Below, piece by piece: positions 11,762 through 24,290 of a stretch of DNA of 64,000 nucleotides. Under the pieces are notes generated by a model. That model did not search any database and was not told where the DNA came from. It was given only the letters and a program-made list of their open reading frames with translations. The stretch's first letter is position 1. Each line of letters opens with the position of its first letter. Source of the stretch: Marsupella aquatica. Lineage: Eukaryota; Plantae; Marchantiophyta. The stretch lies in assembly GCA_973895155.1 (NCBI GenBank), contig OZ316891.1:399558-463557 (forward strand), written 5' to 3'. A program made the position numbers and the translations under genes.

Positions 11762-14216
11762 TGATGCTTAGAGTAGGTTAGGCTCTTTGATTGATGCTGT
11801 GGCTCTGGTGGGCTTGGGTTGGGCTCACCTGTGCGGCTCTGTTTTTTGCTTTTGGGGCTTACCCTTGTGTTATGGCTTCAGGCCTTTAGGTTGCTCATGG
11901 ATCTGGCTCTCGCTGTCGTTGACTGGCTGGCTAGGGTTGGGCTCTTTACCGGGGCCGTATATGATGTCTGGGCGTGCCCTGTTTTAGGGGTGCCCTGCTG
12001 GCCTCCTGCGGGAGTTGTCCTTTTGTGCGTGCTTGTGCTGTTTGCTTCCCCCGCCGTGGGGTTTTCACGGGTTATTTCTATAAAAGTTAGAAAAAATTTC
12101 CAAGGAAACATACCTAATGGAGGACCAGGAGAGGAATACAAGGGAGGGACTAGAATAGGCCGGCTAAGTATCTCATGACCCGATGAAGGATCTGTCCAGT
12201 ATATGTGTGTAAAATGTTAATAGAGGATTAGCAGCGTCCCATGCCGCTAAACTGCGGAAACGGCCTCACCAAGGACGAAACCTGCGGGAATCGGCTTGAG
12301 CAAGGGGGTTTCTTGGGTTTGGGGAGGCAAGGGACGCACCACACTGCTGGAGAAGTAGCTATTCTGGCTGTTGGAGAATTAGAGCTATGGAGGATTGACA
12401 TGCTGCTGGACAATCCTCTTGTGAACCGAGCCACTCTCTCTCTCTCCCTTAGTAAACATAATTCCCTTCATAAGCATGAGAGTCTCCCCTGGTGACACCT
12501 GGAATCTCCATAAGGGGCGTGTAAGGTAAGTGTAATCGGGTCGCCGCTTACACCCGCTTTACACCAAAAACCGGCCTTGGGAGAATGGGCATAACTTTGG
12601 CTAGGGGTATCCGTTGGGGCCCAATTGTTTTTGTACTGAGTTAGGGGAAGGTAAGGCACCCCTTGGTGAAGGTGGAAACCCAGAAAAATAATCACTCAAA
12701 TATATTTTTAGCCGAGGCCATGAGGGGGTCCCGATAGCTTGCAAACCAAAATCGGCATAGGGGAATGACTACCAGATTTAGGGGCTGACCTTTCTTGCAC
12801 CCATACTACTTTAGTTAGGCTCTAGGGAAGGGTACTTACCTTTGGTCAAAGGTGTAAGGCCATCAAGTTAAGAAAAGTAAGTATAGGGGGTAGTTTACTT
12901 AGGGTAGTAAAGGGTTTACAAGTAAAATAAGGCCATCTTTGACTAGGCACAACTTGAGACTCACTCACTCTTTTTGCGAGCTTTCAAGTGGGTTGGGAAG
13001 CTGGTGAGGAGGACCATAAGTGGGAGTAGGTTTGGAGGTCAAAGCATGCAACTCATGTGTGGCATATTCCAGGGCTTGGAAGGAGGCCAAACAATAGGTT
13101 GAAGGGTGGGCTACGAACTATAGAGTTGGACTTTGTGTGTTATGAGGACTTGGGGGAGGAGTAGTTGGACCCCAGGTCAAGCTTGGTGTGGTGTGGAAGG
13201 AGAATAGTATATAAGGAGGAAGTTTTCATTTGTTAGGGACCGGGAGTCTCATCTCTTAAGTGGAATCTCTACCTTGCCAAGGTAGGGCTAAGCTTGAGAA
13301 GGGAGAGGTGGTCCATGCTTAGTGTGGAGAATGTGTAGTGAACTTTTGTTGTAAAGGTGATACAATAAAAGGAGACTTGTCAATCTTCATTGTGACCATT
13401 AAGTGTGAGTGCATTTGAAGTGTATGAGAGCAAGAGAAGAGTCCATGCTATGGTGTAATCTTGGTCTAAGCTCATAGGGGATATGCTAGTACAAAACCAA
13501 GGCCAAGGAGGCAAGGTTAAGGTAGAGCACTACTTTGAGACTTAGAAAGGATTATAGCTTGAGGGTGGAAAGTACTTTGCTTGGTGTGTGGTGTTAACAA
13601 GAAGTAAGAACAAGAGGAAGAGTCCTTAGATAGAGGAGCCTTCCCTAAAGCTCAAAGGGGATGTGTGGACCCAAACCAAGGCCAGGGGAAAAGGTTGAGG
13701 AGTAACACTACTTTGAGGGTCTTGAGGAGACTTAAGCTTGAAGAGGAAAGTACTTTGGGTTCTTGGGTGTTTGGGTGAGAATCTACTCTCAGGTGACAGC
13801 TTGGAGTGGAGATCCCCCTTGCTGATCCTTGGAGTAGAGGAGAGGGGAAGGATGTGAGTGCAAAAGTAGTCAAGGGGACTACCTCTCTAGAAGTGGAGAG
13901 TTGAAACTACTTATGTATGGAGTGATTAGTCATTGTAGGCACATTTCAGAAGTTTTGTCAATCCTTTGTGACCCTGGTATGATATGGAGCAGGTATTAGG
14001 TAGTCTTTTGGGGAGAAAAGCCGCTTAAGCTCCTTGACAAGTGTTTGACATTTACGAAGACCTACGATGCTCTTCACCCAGTTGAAAAATGGCAGTTTAC
14101 AATAAGATGCCACGAAGTTGGATACCTTGAGGATGACCTGAATGCTAGTTGTTAACATATGCGATCGGGCGCGTGAGATAACTTCTAACAATGTTTTGTG
14201 ATTTGATAACAACAGG

Positions 14217-14783
14217 ATGAGCGAACTCCTCAATCTGGTTCGAGATTTTCTTTCATCTCATGAAAGGGAACAAAAAGATATCTGGGACATGCTCGATAAA
14301 ACCTCCTCTAGTCTCATAGGAGGATTACCAGATGTTTTGGTCATTTCAAGAATATGGCCAATACTATACGAATACTTTATTTCAATTCACGGATTGCGTA
14401 GATATGGACATACCGACAACGATTTGGTTGTGGCTAGGGTCCGAGACCTTATCCGGCTTGGAACGTGTAGCAAGAAGTGGGACTTTCTAGTTACGAATAC
14501 CAAGTTATGGGCTAGCCTAAAACAAGCAAACCGGATCGTCGATAACGCAAATGACGCACTTTCCTACATACCCAAAACTGAGGATTTGGAATTTGACTCA
14601 GTCTGTCGAGTTATCCGACATGATATTTCTCTGCTCCCAGAAATACCCATTCTTGGGACTACTAGTTGCGGCAATATGTCATTATTTAGTGACAGATATG
14701 ACTATTTAGATGAAGAAGAGCGAGATCTTCTAGTCGAAAGGTTTGGTACATTTACTCAGAATCTTGGTGGTTCCAGTTCCTAA
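14217..14783 (+). CDS. F-box-like hypothetical protein (paralog 1)
   Basis: LIGGLPDVLVISRIWP...CSKKW resembles a plant F-box motif; the ORF is similar to the next one. Confidence 0.45.
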   Translation: MSELLNLVRDFLSSHEREQKDIWDMLDKTSSSLIGGLPDVLVISRIWPILYEYFISIHGLRRYGHTDNDLVVARVRDLIRLGTCSKKWDFLVTNTKLWASLKQANRIVDNANDALSYIPKTEDLEFDSVCRVIRHDISLLPEIPILGTTSCGNMSLFSDRYDYLDEEERDLLVERFGTFTQNLGGSSS

Positions 14784-15348
14784 TGGGCAGGTTCCCTTTC
14801 TTAATCTTTTCCATATGATGTTGCAGTCCTTTGACATGAATCGGAAATCTCATCGTCAAATGATGATGGAGCAAATTGCAAGTGCAAAGGTTATAAATCG
14901 AAACATGATATGGAGTGAAGCAAAAGCACTGATACCTGGCCTCCCGGACGATATTGTCAAGAAATATATTTGGCCTTTAGTCAAAGTCTTTTTCCATTTG
15001 CTTGGGAATTTGTCAGATAATGCAATTAAAGAGCGGGTCATGGACTTGATCACCATTCAAACAGTCAGTAAGAAGTGGTGTCACATAGTTACTTATAGTA
15101 GTACTTGGGCGACGGTCACCTTGGTAGCATACAATTTCACTGATAGACCTGGATATGAATTGCTAGGAAGGCATTTGACTGCACGGAATGTAGCATTCAG
15201 ATATAGAGAATCTATCAAAATTCTTCCACCTCTGGACATTCTGGGTGGTTTTGATGGGACCAAGCTTGACATGTTTAGAAACCATTGGATTTGGTTAGAT
15301 GACGAGGAGCGAAAGGATTGGGTCGAGAAATACGTTCCCAAAATGTAA
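14743..15348 (+). CDS. F-box-like hypothetical protein (paralog 2)
   Basis: LIPGLPDDIVKKYIWP...VSKKW. Its C-terminal WLDDEER parallels YLDEEER of paralog 1, and its 3' end is partly duplicated again at about 15430-15576. Confidence 0.45.
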   Translation: MVHLLRILVVPVPNGQVPFLNLFHMMLQSFDMNRKSHRQMMMEQIASAKVINRNMIWSEAKALIPGLPDDIVKKYIWPLVKVFFHLLGNLSDNAIKERVMDLITIQTVSKKWCHIVTYSSTWATVTLVAYNFTDRPGYELLGRHLTARNVAFRYRESIKILPPLDILGGFDGTKLDMFRNHWIWLDDEERKDWVEKYVPKM

Positions 15349-15867
15349 TTTGGCGCGACGCGACCATGCGCGTGCTCCAATTTTGCAGTCGCATAGATAT
15401 TGATAGATATGGATTTTGACGAGTTGACTTCAAGGAACGAAGCATTCAGATATAGCAAATCCATCAAAACTCTTCCACCACTGGGTTTGATGGAACCGAA
15501 CTTAGAAACCATTTGGTTTGGTGAGATGAATTTCCATTCCTAAAATGTAATTTGGCGAGATGCGACCATGCGCGTGTTGTTATTTTGAAATAAACATTTG
15601 ACTTTTAACATTTGTATTTTTCAGAATGGATCCAATGGTGACATCAAAGCGGAAAAGAGACTCCTCTAAATCGGTTGCTCAAAAGAAAGCCAAGACCAGA
15701 GTGATTCCCACGGAGACATCCATTCTTGCTTATCGAGGAAAATCTATCAGGGAGAGAACAACAGAGACAAAGACACTCCATCTCTTTGACTCGACAGAGA
15801 TAACCAAACTTGGAATAATTGTTCAGAATGGGTGTCTCCGTCTTGTGGTTGCAAAAAATGAGAAGGC

Positions 15868-17813
15868 TGTTCCACATTAACAATTCTCTCCTTCATTACA
15901 TTGTTAATACTTTATACATATGGCGGTTGCTTATACTTTATACGGATGTCCTTGAAGCTGAGGAGGTTCCGTGTGGCCTTGGGAGCGAAGATTGCGGATT
16001 TAATGTTGATAATTGTGCCCTTTGGCAGTATCAGAGTCGTAGGGCCATGTCCCTCTTCTAAGTTGTGGCTGCCCATTATTGTGGTGACTCGCCTCTGTGA
16101 TGGGGTAATGTATTCAAAATAGTCTCTGGTCCGTAGTATCGAGTGGGAGGTTCCACTATCTAGTATGCAGTAGTTGGGGCCTTCAAGCGCTTTCGTCATT
16201 TCTGATTGTAGTGCTAGGTGTATTTCAGGGAGGATGTCGGGGGATTCTAGGAATGCTCCATGAGCCTCATATTGATCATTGTGTAGACTCTTCTGGTAGA
16301 GTTTGACTAGATGGGCTGGAGCCCTGCATATTCTCCTAATGTGGCCTTTAGTGCCACATCTATTGCAGATTGGTGAAGTGTCGGACTTATCTGAGTTGTA
16401 TTGTCGATTGGAGTTTTGTTGTCTCTGCTGATTACTGTTGCTCCTTGTCCAGGTGTTGCGGAATGTGCTGCTTCCCCGACCCCGTCCTCCGCGAAATGAG
16501 TTTCTGCCACCTCGTTGGAAGTTGTTTCCTCATCCTCTATATGAATTTCGTCCTCTGAAGTTCCGAATCCCTCGGAAGGTGCTTGCAGATCCCCTCCGCA
16601 CATCATTAAAGTGAGCTTCTGGATTAGGATTTGGTGGGAGGGTGCCTGGTGGCCTCTGTTTGGTATTTTGTAATAGCAAAATTTGGTGTTTTTCCGCAAG
16701 CAACATGTGTGCAATTAACTCTGAGTAGGTTGTAAATCTCATATTGCGGTATGAAATGTTGATAGGGTCTTCTCGATTTGTTCTTCTTCTCCAACCGGGT
16801 GGCCGCAAATCGCGAGTTGTGATACAATGCGAAATAATTCGCTATTGTATTCAGGAATTGTCTTGTAGTCCTGTACCCGGAGGTTCACCCAGTCGTGCCT
16901 CGCTGCTGGTAGGAAGACTGTTCTTGTGTGGTCGAATCGAGCATGTAGTTCATCCCAGAGTTTCCGGGGATTATACTCATTCATGTACTGTCTCTTTAGT
17001 GACTCGGCAAGGTGATGTCGTATAAATATGAGAGCTTGTGCCTTCTGCTGTAGGGTAGGCCCATTATTCGTAAGGATGGTGTCTTGTAGGTTTTTCGATG
17101 TGAGATGTGCCTCTGCATCGATGGTCCATGACAAGTAATTGGAGCCATCGATTGCTAGAGCTTGGAAATGTAACTTTTCTATCGTGTTATTCGTCATGTC
17201 GGGATTTGTGATGGATTGAGACTAGGGTTGTCTCGCTCAACTATAATGTTGGAACTAAATAGAATTTTGGGTTGTAAACTTGTGAGTAATCGATCTGCTC
17301 TCAGCCAAAATAAATTTGGACAAAATCTCTGTCGAATTGTGTCGAAATTTTCGTGAGTTGATTCTATGGTTTCGACTCTGCCCTGATCTTGAATTGTCTA
17401 AACTGATTCGCTTCTGCTCATCTATATGGCTATGCAATTGAATGTGTATGCGATTGAGTCTGCCTATGCAATTGAATGTGTGTGCGATTGAGTCTGCCTA
17501 TGCAATTGAATGTGTGTGCAATGGGTTGATGAAGATTCTCAAGGATGTCCACGAAAAACTGAATCCTGTCTAAGGCATCCTATTCGAGGGCCATCCGAGG
17601 TGGGAGCTAAAAAATTGAGTACAATCGTGCTGATAACGTGTTCCACATTAACAATTCTCTCCTTCATTACATTGTTAATACTTTATACATATGGCGGTTG
17701 CCATGAGGTGGTTGCCTAAGTAGTTAGGGTTATAACCTCCTTGGGTTATAGTTCTAACCTTAGTTATATAGGTGTGGTAGACTTAACCTATGGTAAACCT
17801 ATGGTATGCAACA
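15868..17813 (-). mobile_element. Internally deleted Ty1/copia element, Bianca-type
   Basis: TSD AAGGC (15863-15867 and 17814-17818). 5' LTR 17639-17813 (TG..CA); only 15868-15930 of the other LTR remains. PBS CGTTATCAGCACG. Gag LAIDGSNYLSW (16739-17197) and protease CILDSGTSHSIL (15912-16199); no IN/RT. Confidence 0.9.
17430..17522. repeat. 34-bp tandem repeat (about 2.7 copies) in the Copia 5' UTR
   Basis: CTATGCAATTGAATGTGTRTGCGATTGAGTCTGC repeated. Confidence 0.85.
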
Positions 17814-20800
17814 AAGGCTACAATTTTGGAGAATTCAAAAATTCTTGGGTGCTTCTTTGAGAAGAACTTGAGAGTTCAAGAGTGTACTGAGGGATTGGTT
17901 CTGTTAGTCAGCGACGATAAACAAGATGACAACATAAGCATATGTTTGGATCAGACACAATATATATGTGGCTTTCAATCAGCGGAGAATCGATGATCTT
18001 CTAGGTGCTAGGCAAACCTTGGAAAAGGTTACTAGTGTGGGATACCCCTCCAATCCACGGGGATCAACTGGTGATTTGATTTGTCAATATGTTATTGCCG
18101 TACTTGAGTTCAAGAGAATTCCTTTCAAGAAGGAATTTTGCTTGGGAAAGCCCATTCCAGTGACCAAGGTTGAAACATACACGGTGGAGAATCTTCCAAA
18201 AGTTATCACCGCATAGAATGTTGGTGCTCTGTTTGATAGTTTCCTCAAGGAATATAGTGTTGTGAATATATTTAATAGCAAGTCCTTTTTTATTGAGACT
18301 TCACGTTGTCATCTCGCACCGGATCACATCAAATGCCGAGAGTGGAATCAGGATTACACTGAGAGGCTGAAGAATTCACTCCTCTCTCATTCGGCTATAA
18401 AGTTTGAGAAGAGATGCTGCTTCTTAGTCCCTATAAAGTGGGTTCAGTCCGAAGCCGACAAAATTGCCGACTACAATGGAACGGCCTACGAATCGGCACC
18501 AACGGAGGAGGACATTAAGAGCAGTCATTTTTGGATACTCGGAGGCCAGCACACAATAATGGCCTATAAATTGCTGAAAGACGACGATAATGTCAGCCAA
18601 GATATTTGAGTTGCATGCGGGACAGTAGAAGCTGTCATGTTTTGGGCAACGCTCAATAATGAGAATAACATCCATTTGATGGGACTCTCAAGGGCCCTAA
18701 ACCACTGTCATCAAACATCCATGGAAGAGGGACAATTTCTCACCATCGTCAGACAATGTTGTAATATATGGAACTCATTTGGTCGACCTGGATCACATTC
18801 TCGTCATCCTAATTGGAAGGTATGGACAGAACCCTTCTCGATTATATTCTTACAAATTTATGCATTCAATTGTCTTACAGATTTATGCATTACATTTTCT
18901 TATAGATTTATGAAGTTAATTTGTCACGCGACTGGGCGCGTCAATCTTAGAATTGTTATGCTCCCTTATTTTCTAGGTATTTATGAGGGCTACAAGTCTA
19001 GTCTGCCCATGGGCGCAAATGGGCAAAAATGAGATAATGAAATTTGGAGAGTTGGCTCCGTTCCTCTTTACCATGGAGGATGTAACATTCAAGAAGTGGA
19101 TGGAAGTTTACCAACTTTCAAGGAAAGGAGAGCTTGTTATATACAATGGAATTTTGCAGAAAGAGGTCCTCAAGGTTGCAGAGAATCCAAGTGCTTTTCA
19201 TCTTCTTAAGAAGTCTTTCCATTCTTGTCAAGGGTGCTCGGACAAAGTTCTTCGAAAGGCAGCGGAATACATGTTGAGTGGGAAATTGTCTATTCTCAAA
19301 AATAGAAGTGTCAAAGTGAAATCCGCGAAGGCTAGGAAGTCCTCTGAAGCCCCAGTGGTGTCAACGACTGGCAGGAGTTTGGAGGAATTATGTGTAGAGA
19401 AGAAGATGAAAGTTGAGTTTGAGATTATTTTGTTGAGTAAACTCAACGGGGATACAGGCACCCGGGCCAAGCTGAAAAGTCTGACCGATGCCGCCCGGAA
19501 ATTGCGGGTCCAAGGAATGATTGATTGCTTTAAGCTCAACAAGATGGTATTGAAGCAGTTGAGAGATGCGCTGAGTGGTTATCTGAAGAAGTGCTTAAAT
19601 GTAAATAGTAGTAATGATAATTTGTTAAAAGAGATCGACCCGATATTCCACAGGTTGGTGAAAGGAATACAGAAATCAGTTGATAGTCAAGGAAACCAAC
19701 TGGTGCGGCCGGTCAGTGAGAGGCTGAAATTGTGATCCCTATAGGATATACAAAATGCGGAGTTTGCAGATTGTATCATACGTGAAGACAAGAACCTTGC
19801 AAGCTTGATTTATTTTGATTCCTCATCGATGGGAGAGATGCATCCATCAAGTTGCGCATTCTATGAGGGGTTATTCCGTGCTACTAGCGAGATAGGGGCC
19901 AAACCACACCATGTGGTTATTATTGTAGCCACTCCCATTGAGTCTTATTTAATCAAATGGGAATTAGTGAAATACACACAGTACATTGCTGTGGATAGCA
20001 ATTATATTCAGAAGCGGCAAAAGGAAAGGAAGCTTATTGTAACATACGCCTTTCACAGCTCGGCCTTCAGCACAATGGGTGACTCGGATGCACTTGAGTT
20101 CCAATTGCTGTCCAAATATCAAATTGAGAAAATAACTGATTTTGAAGAGAGCAGCGAGATATCGACGACTTCGCTAGAAAAGATGCCTCCATTCTTTGAA
20201 AGTATTGTTAGTCAATTTGTCCAATCTAGGAAATGGGCTATATGCTTTGGCAAAGGAAAGAATTTGATCCAGTGCCTAATGGTAAGTTCTTAGATTTACA
20301 TTGCGGGGTTTAGCTTTTCAGAGGATTTGGATTCAAACTTTCAATTTATATTGGCAGAACTAATTTCCCGTTTCTTATCTTACAGGATGTTGGATCCAAT
20401 GTAAAATATTACTGCCCTGTAACAACGCACGGGGAATTGTCTTGTTTCTTACAACACACCACAACGACAAATGATACAACGCTGTCATTGATTGACCCAA
20501 TACGGGCTAGTATAGAAAAATGTATAGATAAAGTAATGAAGTACCGTCCATCCGTATCTGCTCTCAAGGCTGATGTTTTGGAAGTCCTTCAAGAACAACA
20601 TATCCCTGATCATATCTGTTATCAATTATTGCAAAAGTATTCCCTCTCGGAAGATTCAAATGGAATGTACATTCGGCCAACAGAGTACCCTCATGGGCCA
20701 ATCCAAGGTAAATTTCTATCAAACCATACAATTGCTTCTTCTGCTTAACAAAACATTGTCGAGCTTCACACGAACATACGCATGTACATTTGTTTTACTG

Positions 20801-22320
20801 TGGATTATATTTATTTATATATTTTATTTTTTTCAGATGAAGGCCACAATGGCTTTACTGGTGAGGACGATGTCAACGACGGGCATGGGGACATCAATGA
20901 CGACCAAGATCCGGAGTGGATGACCGAGACGCAAAACAATGTCGATGATGATAACAAAATCAAAGAAGAAAGTGATAGTGAGGATGCCGATGAAATTGAT
21001 GAAAATCAGCAATTGGATAAATCTGATGAGGGGACCGACGAGGATAATCCGGGGTCCGACAAAGACATGGAGGATGCGGATGACAAGGCCAGATAGCAGG
21101 AGACGACCCGACTAGAAGCGGTGAGACAAGAGGCAGCCCAAGAAGAAGCGCTTAGACAAGAAGTGTCCCGAAAAGAGGCTCAAAAGGTGGAAGCTGTGGT
21201 AAGTAGAACAACACCAATTGTGTGTGATATTGCTCAAATCAACCAGGATTCGGTCCCGTAAGGGATAAGGAAAGCGATTTACTGCGGTTTTGTGGTATTT
21301 GAAATCTAAAAGCGATTTCTTTACTGGTTCTTCTCTCAGAATCCTACAACAATTCTTTTATAAACTCCTTAATCAACAAATTCATAAGGTCTTACTTCTT
21401 ATCAATAGGTAATCGGATTTTCATGTATCCTGGACTTCCATATACTCAAAAGAGATCGGCTTTACATCCAATGACTTACTACAATTCTCTTTTCCCTAGG
21501 TATCAAAGTTTCACTCTTACAAATCCATGAGTTTGAGACAAGTTTGATATTTTCAATGCACAATGTGGTATATTTCCTTTTGATTTAACCTTCCCTCCTA
21601 AGCCCAAGATTGGCATGAGAGAAAGACCCAAAATGGTCAAAGATTAAGTTTGCAAGGAAAAGACAATGAATCATGGTCTTGGGAGTCCACTTGTAAGGCT
21701 CCCTCAAAAGGTTGAGATGCCAAAAGGTTTAAAAATCTACAAACCTTTTCTTATCTAAACTTAAGGTCCTAAAAGGTAAGGTAAGACTAAGACTCTATAA
21801 ATCTAATTCCTAAAGGTACACTAAACTATGTCCCTCTATATCCTACTCTATCTAACTCATGGAAAGGCTCAAGAGGTGAGAAAGAGATGCAAAACGGTTT
21901 AAGTAACATATGCCAAGATATCCCGGAGAATCGGTTTAGGATATTTTGAAGTTTCTGCTTTTCATGATTTAATAAATTCTTCATGTAGCCCTTGCAAAAA
22001 TCTTTCCAACTAGACCAAAAGCTCCTCCAACCGACATGGGGCCGATCCACAATCATCCGGCAAAGTTGGTGCAGAATCCTCAAACCGAAATCCCACTAAA
22101 AGTGATTTTCTCCGGATTTAACTAAAAGCGATTTATTTCGGATTTAGCTAAAAGCGATTTTTCAGTCTTCTTCCCAACTTCTTCACTTCTTTCCAAAACT
22201 TCCTTTTGAGGCTCAAAATAGGTTAAGGGGTGATCAGATGCTTTCAAAAACTTTCAAGTAGTGACAAAAAGTTTTAAATAGTACCAATTTTACTCCATAA
22301 CTCTTATTTGCCATTCCATA

Positions 22321-23772
22321 GAAGCCAAGAAGCAGAAGGCGGAAACTCAAAAAGCAGCTTCCGCAAAGAGGAAGGCAAGAGCTGAAGTGGAGAGAGTTGA
22401 GACAGAGAGAATTCGGGCAGAGGCATTGGCAGAAGCAGCGAGAGTGAAGGCCGCGGCAGAAGCAGATAGAGAAGTGGCAGATAGGGTGGATGAGGAGAGG
22501 AGGCAGGGCCAGACAAGAGATGAGGCCGAGAGCGAGGAGAGGGAACCGACAAGAATGGAGGCCGAGAGTGAGGAGGCGGAACCGACAAAAACGGAGGCCG
22601 AGAGCGAGGAGGCGAAGAGAGAAGAGTCACAGAAGATGAAGGATGAGAGGGAGGAGGCGGAGAGGGTGGCAGAACCGGAGAGGGCGGAACCGGAGAGGGC
22701 GGAGGCGGCAAGGAAGCAGGCCGAGAGCGAGGAAGCGGCAAGGAAGCAGGCCGAGAAGAAGGAGGCCGAAAAGAAGGAGGCCAAAAAGAAAAAGGAGGCC
22801 GAAAAGAAGAAGGACGTCGAGAAGAAGAAGGAGGCCGAGAAGAAGGACGCCGAGAAGAAGGAGGAGTCCGAGAAGAGGAAGGAGGCCGAGAAGAGGAAGG
22901 AGGCCGAGAAGAAGAAGGAGGCTGAGAAGAAGGAGGCCGAGAAGGAGGAGTCCAAGAAGGAGGAGTCCAAGAAGAGGAAGGAGGCCAAGAAGGAGGAGTC
23001 CGAAAAGAGGAAGGAGGCCGAGAAGAAGTAGGCCGAGAAGGAGGAGGCCGAGAAGAAGGAGGGCGAGAAGGCCAGGGACCTTTCGCTTATTCTTGAGGCA
23101 AACCGATTACCTAAAATAAAGCTCAATTTGAGGAAGCCTTCGTCACCGTCTGCTGGAATTAAGAAGAAAATATTAGACTATTTTCTTCGTCCGGACTTTG
23201 AGTTTGACGATCCACCATTAGGTACAGTCTCCTTGGAGGATTGGAATAAATATTCACCTGAGCTGCTACGTGTCCAAGTAGTTTTGGCTGTGCAATACTG
23301 GAAGGGTGTTTTGATTACAGAGGAGACGAGTGCAAGTCCATCGAGACTAGAGACGATTACCAATAATGTATGATTTGCTGAGAATCGAATGGAAGAACTG
23401 GGAACGGAGTTGGCTCCTGAATCGGCTCAAATTGTGAAGAGACTAAAGTCTGACTTCACGCGACCAGGTTTGTTGTCTCGGCCACGATATAATCCAGAGA
23501 TGACACACTCGGAAGCCCAACCGGAGACTGGCGGAGCGGATATCGCGGAACCTGATTTCTCAGACTCACAGATGGTCAAATATCTAAATAAACTACCACA
23601 ACCATTCGAAGGTCTTCCCGCCTCATCCCTCCAACCTTCACAAATTGGTCCGGTGGATCGATCACTGCGACCCCGAGGAGCTCCTAGAGATAAAGCTACG
23701 AAGGAGGCATCCAAGAAATCCGTTGCAAAAAGGCCGGATCCACCCAATCCAAAGGTCATTCGCAAGCTATAA
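22321..23772 (+). pseudogene. K/E/A-rich low-complexity coiled-coil exon upstream of a Ulp1 domain
   Basis: One long frame with (EAEKKK)n minisatellite repeats, broken by point stops (23029, 23371). Confidence 0.55.
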
Positions 23773-23936
23773 GTTGATAGGATTTTGTTTCTATTTTAGC
23801 AGCCAGTATTTTCTTTGTTGTTAGGGTTTTTGACCCGTCATTATTTTATTATTGATTTATTGTTGTTTCTGTTTACTCATAGGCTACAACCTCAGTACGT
23901 TATTTGAAGGCGTATTGAATTCTCTGTTTTTTGCAG

Positions 23937-24290
23937 TTTTTTGAAAATTTGGGTAGTCGAATAGATCAATGCCTCGATCCTTCTAGGGATATGGAAGAGG
24001 TATTGACCAAGTTTTTACACCACTCGATCAAGAGGAAACATATGATGTGTCTGAGACCGCGCGAGTGGCTTACCGATGATATAATTAATGCTTATTTGAG
24101 CTTTCTCGAGCTGATTCTCAATAGAGTTGGAAAATCATAGCTTGTAAAATTCTTCCAAACACACCATTTCAAGCTTCTCTCCATGGATCCTACCGTTTTC
24201 GATGAGGACCAAGCATCTTGGACAGCGGACTTTCCGTTAAGAATCAGTGAATATGACAAACTAGTCTTTCCAGTTCACATTGCTGGGAAA
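23937..24290 (+). pseudogene. Ulp1/C48 SUMO-protease domain fragment
   Basis: CLRPREWLTDDIINAYL and YDKLVFPVH motifs; truncated just before the catalytic HW; TTGCAG acceptor at 23936. Confidence 0.8.

Larger units (their letters stand above)
5283..12105 (+). mobile_element. Full-length L1-clade LINE
   Basis: 16-bp TSD AAACATACCTAATGGA at 5267-5282 and 12106-12121; ORF1 plus ORF2; A-rich 3' end. Confidence 0.95.
1837..12343 (+). mobile_element. Older, diverged giant LTR (solo or 3' LTR) of the dominant gypsy family, interrupted by a LINE
   Basis: 1837-5282 and 12122-12343 are homologous to the reverse complement of the LTR at 27132-31784. It ends ...GGGACGCACCACA at 12343 with no PBS after it. 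Confidence 0.9.
15626..21198 (+). pseudogene. Spliced ParB-like + degenerate N4/N6-methyltransferase-like gene (gene A), interrupted by a Copia
   Basis: Removing the Copia restores ...NEKA-TILENSK. ParB-type WILGGQH at about 18532-18552. In-frame GT-AG introns at 18820-18976, 20282-20385 and 20708-20836. MTase-like EKMPPFFESIVSQF..FGKG; acidic tail; several stops and a frameshift. Confidence 0.6.

Noticed and set aside
11819-12178. Hydrophobic 119-aa ORF at the LINE 3' end
   Set aside because: Non-ATG start, GT-rich UTR composition, and it runs across the TSD into the host LTR.
12490-13942. LTR-like non-coding stretch with TATATAA and AATAAA
   Set aside because: No second copy, TSD, PBS or PPT found in the window.
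22304-23126. Long Arg-rich, Pro-rich and Phe/Ser-rich ORFs
   Set aside because: Alternative-frame and antisense shadows of the K/E minisatellite.
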